A program made the position numbers and the translations under genes. DNA of 64,000 bases from an uncultured Actinomycetota bacterium (lineage in GTDB: Bacteria; Actinomycetota; Actinomycetes; Mycobacteriales; Pseudonocardiaceae): positions 40,847-104,846 of the forward strand of contig CAVSJZ010000033.1 of the NCBI GenBank assembly GCA_963728105.1, written 5' to 3'. Of the stretch, positions 1 through 8,585 are shown in pieces. The stretch's first letter is position 1. Every line of letters begins with the position of its first letter. The notes below the pieces were generated by a model. It ran no database searches. It was not told where the DNA came from and saw only the letters and a program-made list of their open reading frames with translations.

Positions 1-49
1 GAGGGCATCACGCACGCGCCGGCCACTGGGATTTGAATATCCTTTCGGC

Positions 50-679
50 GTGCCGCGCAGGACGACGAGCCCCGACGCCGCGGCGGAGACCGTCGAGACC
101 AAGTCGGCGAGGACCCGCGCCCGGCTCCTCGACGCGACGGCGAAGGTACTGGCGCGCAAGGGGTTCACGGCCACCCGGCTGTCCGACATCGCCGAGGAGG
201 CGCACGTCCAGGCCCCGGCGATCTACTACTACTACCCCTCGCGCGAACACCTGATCGAGGCCGTGCTCGCCGCGGGTGCCGAGGCGATGCACGACTTCCT
301 CGTCACGCGGCTCGCCGAGCTGCCGGCCGACGCGTCGCCCTCGGTCCGCATCGCCGCCGCCGTCGACGCCCACCTGCGCCACGAGCTCGAGCTCTCCGAC
401 TACGCGCGGGCCGTCATCCGCAACGCCAACCAGATGCCAGAGCAGTTCAGCCGCCGCGCCCTCGACAAGATCAGCGAGTACAACGACGTCTGGCGGGGGC
501 TGGTGGCCGACCTGGACGCGGCGGGGCTCCTGCGGGCCGACGTCGACCCGTCCGTCGGCCGGATGCTCGTGCTGGGCGCGCTGAACTGGTCGGCCGAGTG
601 GTACGACCCGGACCGGGGACCGATCGACGACCTGATCGCGGTCGCCCAGTCGATGGTGCTGCACGCGCTCCGGCCCTGA
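50..679 (+). CDS. TetR/AcrR family transcriptional regulator
   Basis: N-terminal HTH 'TRARLLDATAKVLARKGFTATRLSDIAEEAHVQAPAIYYYYPSRE'; KstR2-like C-terminus 'LGALNWSAEWY'. Confidence 0.92.
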   Translation: MPRRTTSPDAAAETVETKSARTRARLLDATAKVLARKGFTATRLSDIAEEAHVQAPAIYYYYPSREHLIEAVLAAGAEAMHDFLVTRLAELPADASPSVRIAAAVDAHLRHELELSDYARAVIRNANQMPEQFSRRALDKISEYNDVWRGLVADLDAAGLLRADVDPSVGRMLVLGALNWSAEWYDPDRGPIDDLIAVAQSMVLHALRP

Positions 680-736
680 GCGGGTGCTGCGCGCTGCCGC
701 CCTGAGCGGGTGCTGCACGCGCCGCCGCCCTGAGCG
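656..736. repeat. Three imperfect ~27-bp tandem copies of the TetR 3' end (GTGCTGC(AC)GCGC..GCCCTGAGCG)
   Basis: Visible directly; first copy contains the TetR stop codon. Confidence 0.8.
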
Positions 737-840
737 CCGCGGGGCCGCCTGCCCGACCGCCGGCAGCGGTCGTCCCGGCACTCGACCGACACCGCCTCTT
801 GACGCGCTGACCTGCCGCAGTCACCCTTACTCCGTCAATT

Positions 841-865
841 GGAACATTAGTTCCATAATATGAAA
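841..865. promoter_or_regulatory. AT-rich operator-like palindromes GGAAC-atta-GTTCC and TTCCATAATATGAAA upstream of the serA-like gene
   Basis: Overlapping dyads in an AT-rich patch about 20 bp before ATG 886; the second resembles IclR-family boxes. Confidence 0.5.
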
Positions 866-885
866 CTCGCTCAAAGGTGTCCGCC

Positions 886-2116
886 ATGCACCTGCTGTTC
901 GCCGACCCGGTCGCCGACACGACCATCGCCGAGCTCGAGCGGCGGGGTCATCGCTGCTCCGTCGGGCCGGCCCTGTCCACCGCGGACCTGCCGGCCCGGA
1001 TCGCCGGCGTCGACGGGCTCGTGGTCCGCAGCACCGCCGTCGACCGCGCCGTCTTCGAGGCCGCCGACCGGCTCGCGCTGGTGATCCGGGCCGGTGCCGG
1101 CACCAACACGATCGACATCGACGTCGCCGCCCGGACCGGCGTGCTGGTCTGCAACGTGCCCGGCCGCAACGCGGTCGCGGTCGCGGAGCTCACGCTCGGG
1201 CTGATACTCGCGCTCGACCGCCGGATCGCCGACAACGCCGCCGACGCGCGGCGGGGGCGCTGGGCGAAGGCGACGTACGCCAAGGCCGCCGGGCTGCTCG
1301 GCAGCACCCTCGGGATCGTCGGCATGGGCGCGGTCGGCCTCGCGGTCGCCGAGCGGGCGGCCGCCTTCGGGATGCGCATCGCCTGCCTGGAACGCGTCGG
1401 CCGCAGCCGCGCGACCCGCGACCGGCTGGCCGAGCTCGGGGTGGCCCAGCACGGCTCGCTCGCGGAGCTGCTCGCCGCGTCCGACGTCGTCAGCCTGCAC
1501 GTGCCGGCGTCCGCCGGGACGAGGAACCTCGTCGACGCCGGCTTCCTGGCCGCGATGCGGCCCGGCGCGCTGCTGGTGAACACCTCGCGCGGCGACGTGG
1601 TCGACGAGGCGGCGCTGCTGGCGGCGCTCGACGCCGGCCACGTCCGGGCCGGCCTCGACGTGTTCGCCGACGAGCCGGGCTCTGGCAGCGCGGCGTGGGA
1701 CTCCCCGCTCGCGCGGCATCCCGCGGTGGTGGCCACCCACCACATCGGCGCCTCCACCGCGCAGGCCCAGGCGGCGGTCGCCGCCGGAGTGGTGGAGATC
1801 GTCGACGCGTTCGTCGCCGGCGAGGCCGCGCAACTGCGTCAACCTCGCGCCGCGCGACCTCGGCAGCGCCACGCTCACCGTCCGGCACCTCGACCAGGTC
1901 GGCGTGCTGGCCACGGTGCTGGAGGTCCTGCGCAAGGCCGGGCTCAACGTCGAGCACATGCAGAACCGGGTCCTCGCAGGCGGCGTGGCGGCCGTCGCCA
2001 CCCTCGACGTCGCCGGCACCCCGCCCGACGGCCTGCTGGCCGGCCTCGAGGCGGTCCCCGAGGTGCTGGGCTGCTCGCTCGTCGCCCACGACGCCGCGCC
2101 GGCGGACCCGGCATGA
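886..2116 (+). CDS. serA: D-3-phosphoglycerate dehydrogenase-like (D-2-hydroxyacid dehydrogenase + ACT domain); +1 frameshift at ~1825
   Basis: 'RAGAGTNTID', 'GIVGMGAVG', 'NTSRGDVVDE', 'HIGASTAQAQ'; removing one G at 1824-1825 gives 'EPRNCVNL...TVRHLDQVGVLATVLEVLRKAGLNVEHM' (ACT) ending at TGA 2116. Confidence 0.8.
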
Positions 2117-3219
2117 CCCGCGGGGGCACCGTCGTCACGCACGCCGCGCCGGCGCCGGCCCGCGGGGTGCAGGTCGTGCGCCCCTTCGCCGGCTGGCTCG
2201 TCCGCGCCGAGGCGGCCGCCGACGAGGTCGGCCCCATGGCCGAGACCGCACTGGCGGCGCGGTGGGCGCCCCGCCCGGTCCGCGCCGGCGCCTACGAGCC
2301 GCTGCCGCCGTCCCTCTACGTCTACCGGCAGCGCACGCCGCACGGCGAGCACAGCGGCATCGTCTGCGACATCGCGCACGAGGCGTTCCTCGACGGGCGG
2401 GCGCGCGGGCACGAGTCGGTGCACCCGGGCCGGGTCGACGGCCTGGCACAGCACCTCGCGAGCGGCTCGCCGCGCGTCGAGCTGGTGAGCACCCTGCACC
2501 GGTCGGGGCCGGTGGCCCTCGCGACGCTGGCGCGGGCGCCCGACCTGCCGCCGACGCGCGACGTGACCGGGCCCGACGGCGCGCGCCACACGGTCTGGCG
2601 GCTCCCGGAGGGTCCACAGACCGACGCGCTGTGCCGGGAGCTGGGCGCCGTCACCCACTACATCGCCGACGGGCACCACCGGGTGGCGGCCGGCCTGCAG
2701 GTGTGGGGCGCAGGCGGGGGCCACCCCGGCCGCGGGGTGGCGTGCGTGGCCTACCCGCTCGACGGCCTGCGCCTCGCGGCGTTCGGCCGACGCGTCGCGG
2801 GTCCGGTCGACGCCGCCGCGGTGCTGGGCCTGCTGGACGAGGGCTTCGACGTCCACCCGGTCGCCGGCGCGCCGGAGGCGCCGGCGTCGGGCATCGCGGT
2901 CCACCTCGACCGCCGCTGGTACGTCGCGCGCCATCGCGGTGAACGGCCGCCCGGCTCGGCGGGCCTGGACGTCTCGCTGCTGCACGCCCGCGTGCTCGAC
3001 CGGTTGCCGGCGGGCACGGCGGCGGAGCCGACACGCGACCCGGTCGAGGCGCTCGTCGCGGCGTGCGCGGCCGACGGCGGGGCCCTGTTCGTCCCGCCGG
3101 CGCCCGAGCTCGGGACGATCACCGCGATCGCCGACGCCGGCGAGGTCGTCCCGGCCAAGAGCACGTTCTTCTCCCCCAAGCCCGGCTCGGGCCTGTTCCT
3201 GCGCGGTCCCGCGGCGTGA
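2113..3219 (+). CDS. DUF1015 family protein
   Basis: 'VRPFAG', 'LYVYRQ', 'HESV', 'YIADGHHR', 'PAKSTFFSPKPGSGL'; ATGA overlap with the serA stop. The ORF track fuses the two only because of the serA frameshift. Confidence 0.85.
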   Translation: MTRGGTVVTHAAPAPARGVQVVRPFAGWLVRAEAAADEVGPMAETALAARWAPRPVRAGAYEPLPPSLYVYRQRTPHGEHSGIVCDIAHEAFLDGRARGHESVHPGRVDGLAQHLASGSPRVELVSTLHRSGPVALATLARAPDLPPTRDVTGPDGARHTVWRLPEGPQTDALCRELGAVTHYIADGHHRVAAGLQVWGAGGGHPGRGVACVAYPLDGLRLAAFGRRVAGPVDAAAVLGLLDEGFDVHPVAGAPEAPASGIAVHLDRRWYVARHRGERPPGSAGLDVSLLHARVLDRLPAGTAAEPTRDPVEALVAACAADGGALFVPPAPELGTITAIADAGEVVPAKSTFFSPKPGSGLFLRGPAA

Positions 3220-3326
3220 CGCGGAGGCGCGCCGACCCGGGTGGGGGAGGCGCGTCGGCCCGGGTGGGGGCGGCGGCCGCCCTACGATGAGCCCGTGATC
3301 GGCCGGGACGCAGGGGCGGGGGGCCG

Positions 3327-4532
3327 ATGCTCGCCCTGGTCGTGATCATGCTGCTGCTGCTCGGGTGGGCGCTGGTCGCCGGGCGGCTCGCCCGGTTCAG
3401 CGTCACCGCGCCGCTGGCCATGCTCGTCGCAGGCGTCGTGCTCACCGCCGGGCCGGACCCGGTCTTCGTCTTCGACGTGCCGTTCGACGAGGCGGAGCAC
3501 GTCGTCGAGGTGATCCTCGCGATCCTGCTGTTCACCGACGCCATCGAGGTGCCGGGCGGCGTCCTCGGGCGGGAGCCGCGCCTGACGCTGCGGCTGCTGC
3601 TGATCGCGCTGCCGCTCTCGCTGGTCGCCGCCTGGCTCTGCGGCGTCCTGTTGCTGGGCACGCGGGACCTGTGGCTCCTCGCGGTGCTCGCCACGGTCGT
3701 CATGCCCGTCGACCTCGCGCCGGCGCTCGCGTTCGTGCGGGACCGGCGCGTCCCGGAGCGGCTGCGGCAGACCCTCAACGCCGAGAGCGGGCTCAACGAC
3801 GGCCTCGTCGCCCCGGTGTTCCTGTTCTGCCTCGCCGCCGCCACCGCGGCCCAGCACGAGGAGCTCGTGCACGCCGCGGCCGACGCCCTCCCGTCGCTGG
3901 GCATCGCGCTGGCCGTCGGCGCCGTCGTCGGCGCGCTGGCCGCGCGCGTCCTGCGGCGCTCGTCGAAGGCGGGCTGGACGCAGCCGTCGGCGCTGCGCCT
4001 TGGCGTGCTCACGATCCCGCTGCTGGCCTACGGCGGGGCCGCCGCGCTGCACGGCAACGGGTTCGTCGCCGCCTTCGTCGCGGGTGTCCTGTTCGAGCCG
4101 CAGGCGCAACGCCTGCCCGGCGACGCGCTGCACCTCGTCGAGGACGTCGGCGGGATGCTGTCGCTCGGGCTGTGGTTCATCTTCGGCGCCGTCGTCAACC
4201 AGACCGTCGCCGAGGGCCTGGTCACCTGGCAGGTCGTCGTGTTCGCGCTGCTCGCGCTGACCCTCGTCCGGATGCTGCCGGTGGGCGTGTCGCTGCTCGG
4301 GACCGACCTCGCCCCGCGGGACCGGCTGCTGCTGGGCTGGGTCGGGCCCCGTGGCATCGCCTCGCTGGTGTTCGCGCTGCTCGCGTTCCTCGGCCTGCCC
4401 GGGCCCGACGGCCGGTTCGTCGTCGCGGTCACCGTCGTGACGGTGGTCGCGAGCATCGTCCTGCACGGCCTGTCGACGGGGGTGGTCACCGCCTGGTACG
4501 GCCGGCCGGACGCGGAGCAGGCCGCGGCGTGA
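3327..4532 (+). CDS. Cation:proton antiporter (CPA1/NhaP family)
   Basis: About 12 hydrophobic segments; 'LNAESGLNDG', 'GWVGPRGIAS', 'SIVLHGLS'. Confidence 0.9.
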   Translation: MLALVVIMLLLLGWALVAGRLARFSVTAPLAMLVAGVVLTAGPDPVFVFDVPFDEAEHVVEVILAILLFTDAIEVPGGVLGREPRLTLRLLLIALPLSLVAAWLCGVLLLGTRDLWLLAVLATVVMPVDLAPALAFVRDRRVPERLRQTLNAESGLNDGLVAPVFLFCLAAATAAQHEELVHAAADALPSLGIALAVGAVVGALAARVLRRSSKAGWTQPSALRLGVLTIPLLAYGGAAALHGNGFVAAFVAGVLFEPQAQRLPGDALHLVEDVGGMLSLGLWFIFGAVVNQTVAEGLVTWQVVVFALLALTLVRMLPVGVSLLGTDLAPRDRLLLGWVGPRGIASLVFALLAFLGLPGPDGRFVVAVTVVTVVASIVLHGLSTGVVTAWYGRPDAEQAAA

Positions 4533-4615
4533 CCGCGCCGGTCGCCCGCACTGCCGACGACCTGCCCCCGACCTACCCTGCGAGTCGGGCGGTGGCGCGG
4601 CCGCCCGCGGACGGC

Positions 4616-4786
4616 GTGAAGGAGGTGCTCGGGGTCGACCGGATCCCGTCCTCGACGGACTACCCGTACGTCTTCGCCCCCGACACGCAGCGGGCGTTCC
4701 TGGCCGGGTCCGGAATCGGCGCGGAGGACCAGGACAAGATCGCGGGCGGGAACTGGGAGCGGCTGACCGGCGCGAGAGCCGGCTGA
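4616..4786 (+). pseudogene. C-terminal relic of an amidohydrolase-2 family gene
   Basis: 'EVLGVDRIPSSTDYPY...DQDKIAGGNWERL' matches the family C-terminus; no N-terminal part present. Confidence 0.7.
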
Positions 4787-4804
4787 GCACCCCCGGCGGC
4801 GGCC

Positions 4805-5356
4805 CTACGCGGAACCGCGCTCCCTCGCCAGGTCCTCCAGGCCGTACCGCTCGACGAGCGCCGCGTCGGCCAGGTCGATCTGCCGGTGCCCTTCCCGGAC
4901 CAACCGCTCGTTGACGGCGTCCAGGTGCGCGCGGACGGTCTCCTTCTCCGCGTCGGTCGTCACGCCGCGATGCGGGCGTCCGGCGTGCTCCACCAGGCTG
5001 TAGTCGACCCGTTCCGCCCGCGACCGCGTGCGCGCCCGCTCGGGCTCCGGCTTCACCTCGCGCACACCGGTGGCGATGAGCGTCGCCATGTCGTCGTCGC
5101 CGCGGGCGAGCGCGTCGAAGTCCTCGCGCTGGAGCGCGACCTTGCGCGGTTCCCGGCCGTCCTCGTAGACCGTCAGCAGGACGAGGTCGATCTCGACCTC
5201 CTCGACGCCCTTCAGCTCCTCCGGCAGGCAGTCCAGCGTCACCCGGCTGCCGGGCGGGAGCTCGGAATGGCGCTCGACGACCACGCGGGCGTACGGCGCT
5301 CCGGGCTCGATCATCGTGTTGGTGAGGTCGCTGAACTTGATGAGGCGCTCGGCCAC
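4805..5356 (-). CDS. Conserved actinobacterial hypothetical protein
   Basis: Good codon bias and GGAGGAAAG RBS; 'DYSLVEHAGRPHRG...VRAHLDAVNERL' motif. Confidence 0.75.
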   Translation of the reverse strand: MAERLIKFSDLTNTMIEPGAPYARVVVERHSELPPGSRVTLDCLPEELKGVEEVEIDLVLLTVYEDGREPRKVALQREDFDALARGDDDMATLIATGVREVKPEPERARTRSRAERVDYSLVEHAGRPHRGVTTDAEKETVRAHLDAVNERLVREGHRQIDLADAALVERYGLEDLARERGSA

Positions 5357-5476
5357 GGCTTTCCTCCGGTCGCTGGGGCCGAAGCATCCTAACGGCGGCC
5401 GGGTGCAGGGCGTCTCGGGCCGCTCCGCCGAGCGGGCTCACCCGGCGGTGACCGGACCTGCCGATGCATACCGACA

Positions 5477-5578
5477 GAACCGGGCCGGACCTGTACGCTC
5501 CGGAGCAGTTGCTCCAGAACCCCGGCGACGCGTGCGGTGACAGGGTCCCCGCGCCGCCACCCGAAGGGGGTCCGGATG
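5477..5578 (+). promoter_or_regulatory. Putative promoter (-10 TACGCT, 5494-5499) and structured 5' leader, copy A
   Basis: Homologous to 20648-20752; shares TTGCTCCAGAACCCCGGCGACGCG...CAGGGTCCCC...CCGAAGGGGGT..CGGATG. Confidence 0.65.
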
Positions 5579-5659
5579 CCCACGCCCGTCGAGGACCGAG
5601 GCGACTGGCGTCGCAGCGCGGCGTGTCGTCCGGTGGCTCCCCGGCGCCTCGAGCGATGA
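5576..5659 (+). pseudogene. Truncated WhiB N-terminus / possible leader peptide MPTPVEDRGDWRRSAACRPVAPRRLER*
   Basis: Aligns with 'MSEPWENRGGWRRDAACRSV' of the WhiB at 20750; stop overlaps the next ATG (ATGA); absent from the ORF track. Confidence 0.7.
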
Positions 5660-6294
5660 CCTACCACCTCCCGCGGCCGGCACTGGTGCTGGGCGTCGCG
5701 GGCGCAGCCGCCGGGATCCCGCTGGCGATGGTCGGAGTGGTGGCGGCGCCCGCCGCGGCGGTGGCCGCAGCCATGGTCGGCGGGTTGGTGGCAGCGGGCA
5801 TCGCCATGCGCCTCGGCGACCGGCCCGGTAGCGACATCCCGGCGCGCAGGCGGGCCATGGCCAGGGCGGGTGGAACGGCCGGCGGGCTGTGGCTCGCCGG
5901 CACCGGCGTGGTGGTGCTGCTCGGTGCGTCCACCGCGTCGGTGCTGGTCGCGCTCCTCGTCGTCGGGGTACCGGCGGCCGTCCTCGGCTGGCGGAGCGTC
6001 CGGCCGGTCGAGCTCGCCGCCGCCGCTGCGCCGGTCACCGTCCAGGTGCGGGCGCCGGCGCCGGCACCGGCCACGCTCTCCACGGCCGAGCTGTGCCTCG
6101 CGTGGCGGCGCAGCTACCTCGACCTGGGCGAGCTGCCGGCCGGGCCGGCCCGCGACGAGCTGGTGACGCACCGGCAGTCGATGCTCGACGAGCTCGAACG
6201 GCGCGACCCCGCCGGGTTCCGTCGCTGGCTGGAAGCCGGTGCCCGCGCCGGCGGTGACCCCGGCCGGTACCTGGCCACCGGTCCCGGTGCCTGA
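5656..6294 (+). CDS. Hypothetical membrane protein (about 4 TM + conserved soluble C-terminus)
   Basis: Hydrophobic helices, then 'ELCLAWRRSYLDL...LDELERRDPAGFRRWL'. Confidence 0.75.
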   Translation: MTYHLPRPALVLGVAGAAAGIPLAMVGVVAAPAAAVAAAMVGGLVAAGIAMRLGDRPGSDIPARRRAMARAGGTAGGLWLAGTGVVVLLGASTASVLVALLVVGVPAAVLGWRSVRPVELAAAAAPVTVQVRAPAPAPATLSTAELCLAWRRSYLDLGELPAGPARDELVTHRQSMLDELERRDPAGFRRWLEAGARAGGDPGRYLATGPGA

Positions 6295-6994
6295 CGGCAC
6301 GGTGACCCGGGCATTGCTGGCCATGGGCCATGAGGGCCGGGACGACGACCGCATGCTGGCCGAGCGGATCTGCCGGGCCTTCATCGGCGAGCTCGACATC
6401 GACGGGGCCGCGATCTCCCTGCACACCGCGGGCAACCTGCGCGAGACCCTCTACGCCAGCGACGTCACCGCCGACCTGCTCGAGGAGCTGCAGTTCACCC
6501 TCGGCGAGGGCGCCTGCATGGACGCCGCCCACACGGGCCACCCCGTCCTCGTACCCGACATGGGCGACATCGCCGGGTCGACCCGCTGGCCGGTCTACGC
6601 GCAGGCGGTGGTCGAACGGGCCGGGATCGGGGCCGTGTTCGCCCTGCCCCTGCAGTGGGCCACGATCAACCTCGGGGTTCTCGACCTGTACCGCAAGGCC
6701 GCAGGCTCGCTGCCGGCCGCGCAGCTACGCGACGCGACGGGCGCGGCGGACATCGCCGCACTGATGCTGCTCGGGCTGCGCACCAACCCCGACGAGGACC
6801 AGGTATGGGACCGGTCATGGGGCAACCGCGTGGAGATCCACCAGGCAACCGGCATGGTCCTCGCCCAACTGAACCTCAGCGCCACCGACGCCTTCGCCCG
6901 ACTACGGGCCTACGCTTTCGCTGAACACCGGCTCCTGGGCGACGTCGCCCGCGACGTGGTGGCCAGGCGTCTGCGATTCACCGATGACACCTGA
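6287..6994 (+). CDS. GAF and ANTAR domain protein
   Basis: 'LEELQFTLGEGACMDA' (GAF) and 'IHQATGMVLAQLNLSATDAFARLRAYAF' (ANTAR); start uncertain. Confidence 0.9.
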   Translation: MPDGTVTRALLAMGHEGRDDDRMLAERICRAFIGELDIDGAAISLHTAGNLRETLYASDVTADLLEELQFTLGEGACMDAAHTGHPVLVPDMGDIAGSTRWPVYAQAVVERAGIGAVFALPLQWATINLGVLDLYRKAAGSLPAAQLRDATGAADIAALMLLGLRTNPDEDQVWDRSWGNRVEIHQATGMVLAQLNLSATDAFARLRAYAFAEHRLLGDVARDVVARRLRFTDDT

Positions 6995-7792
6995 CCACCA
7001 CGGGCGCCCCGCCAGTCTCCGGAGGATGCGAATGACCACCGCAGAACACAGCCGCGAGACGCTACTGATCACGGCATTCGTCGAACTCGCCGACACCCTC
7101 GTCGACGACTACGACGTCATCGCCCTGCTCGACCGCCTCGCCGGCCACTGCGTCGAACTGCTCACCGCCGACGCCGCAGGCATCCTGCTCGCCGACGCCC
7201 ACCGCAACCTACGCGTGGTCGCCTCCACCAACGAACAGACCGCCTGGATGGAGCTCATGCAACTACAGGCCGACGAAGGCCCCTGCATCGAATGCTTCCG
7301 CACCGCCACCCCCGTCAGCGTCACCGACCTCTCCCGGACCACCCACCGATGGCCAGGACTGACCACCGCCCTCACCGCCGTCCACACCGAAGGCGAGCCC
7401 TACCGCTCCGTGCACGCACTCCCCCTACGCCTACGCGGCGAACCGATCGGCGCCCTCAACCTGTTCCACCACCAACCCGGACCCCTGCCCCCCGCCGACC
7501 TGGCCGTCGGACAAGCACTGGCCGACGTGGCCACCATCGGCATCCTCTCCGAACGCGCCATCAGCCGCGGCGAGGTACTCAACGAACAACTCCAGGCCGC
7601 CCTCAACAGCCGCGTCATCATCGAACAAGCCAAAGGCGTACTCGCCGAACGCGGCAACATCGACATGGACGCCGCCTTCGACCGGCTCCGCCGCTACTCC
7701 CGCGACCACAACCTCAAACTCAGCGACGTCGGCCGCCAGATCATCGAGGCCGACCTCGCCACCGCCGTACTCGCCCGCCAACCAGCCCGGAA
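6869..7792 (+). repeat. Direct repeat copy 1 (~924 bp; copy 2 at 21045-21967)
   Basis: Identical by eye except C6 (7488-7493) vs C5 (21664-21668); ORF offsets of 14176 bp confirm it. Confidence 0.95.
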
Positions 7793-7814
7793 AGCCCCGC
7801 GGCCACGACCGTGA
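7032..7814 (+). CDS. GAF and ANTAR domain protein
   Basis: 'AFVELADTLVDDYDV', 'LMQLQADEGPCIECF', 'LQAALNSRVIIEQAKGVLA'; GGAGG RBS at 7021. Confidence 0.93.
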   Translation: MTTAEHSRETLLITAFVELADTLVDDYDVIALLDRLAGHCVELLTADAAGILLADAHRNLRVVASTNEQTAWMELMQLQADEGPCIECFRTATPVSVTDLSRTTHRWPGLTTALTAVHTEGEPYRSVHALPLRLRGEPIGALNLFHHQPGPLPPADLAVGQALADVATIGILSERAISRGEVLNEQLQAALNSRVIIEQAKGVLAERGNIDMDAAFDRLRRYSRDHNLKLSDVGRQIIEADLATAVLARQPARKAPRPRP

Positions 7815-7901
7815 CCGCGCGCGGCGGCACCATCGCCGGCACGGCGCCCGCCGCACGGAGGCTCTCCGGGTCGGCGCCGCGGCCGGTGGACCGCGCGTGA
7901 T

Positions 7902-8585
7902 TCAGCGGCCCTGGGCGTGCCCGAGGGCGAGGTATCCGGCGCCGAAGGCCAGTTCCCGGACCTGGAGGTCCGGGACGTATCGGGCCAGTTGTCGCCACGG
8001 CTGGTCGAAGCCGGTGAAGTCGGTGATGAACGGTGCGTGCAGCTGGGCGACCCAGGCCCGCAGCGGCCACATCCACGGGCCTGGCCGCTTGCCGCCGGCC
8101 GCGGCGACCGGCGCGCCGGGGAGCAGGTGGTCGAAGACGTTGTCCAGGGCGGCCGGGCACTGCATCAGGTCGTGGACCGCGCAGAACACGGCGGCGTCGG
8201 CGCTGGCCTCGATGGACGCGGTAGCGACCGGGGCGGCGATCAGAGTGACGTTGTCCCACCTGTGCTCGGCGACGCGGTCGGCGGCGACCCGCAGCATCTG
8301 TTCGGAGGCGTCGATCCCGATGACGGCCCCGGTCGGGCCGATCTTGTGTTGGAGCAGTGGCAGGCACAGCCCGGTGCCGCAACCCACGTCCAGGACGGTG
8401 TCGCCGCGCAGGAGGGGCAGCCGCTGGATGAGCAGCTCGCGCCACTGCCGGAAGGCGTCGGTGCGCCGGTCGTAGCGCCCGGCCTCGCTGTGGTAGGCCT
8501 CGCTGCGGTAGGTCGGGGACGTAGCGGCGGACCCCCGCCGATGTGCCGGACCCCGCGACGCGGACCCCGGTCGGGCGCCGGTCAT
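7902..8585 (-). CDS. Class I SAM-dependent methyltransferase
   Basis: 'VLDVGCGTG', 'VIGIDASEQML'; ATG 8585 overlaps the upstream stop. Confidence 0.85.
   Translation of the reverse strand: MTGARPGSASRGPAHRRGSAATSPTYRSEAYHSEAGRYDRRTDAFRQWRELLIQRLPLLRGDTVLDVGCGTGLCLPLLQHKIGPTGAVIGIDASEQMLRVAADRVAEHRWDNVTLIAAPVATASIEASADAAVFCAVHDLMQCPAALDNVFDHLLPGAPVAAAGGKRPGPWMWPLRAWVAQLHAPFITDFTGFDQPWRQLARYVPDLQVRELAFGAGYLALGHAQGR

Noticed and set aside
656-736. Three ~27-bp repeats as a mini-CRISPR
   Set aside because: No unique spacers and no cas genes; they are slippage copies of the TetR 3' end
877-3219. 780-aa SerA-DUF1015 fusion in the ORF track
   Set aside because: Artefact of the +1 frameshift; the ACT domain lies in another frame and ends at 2116
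7032-7814. C/A-rich, G-poor strand composition (also 43482-46037) as proof of foreign origin
   Set aside because: Visible by eye but not quantified; suggestive only
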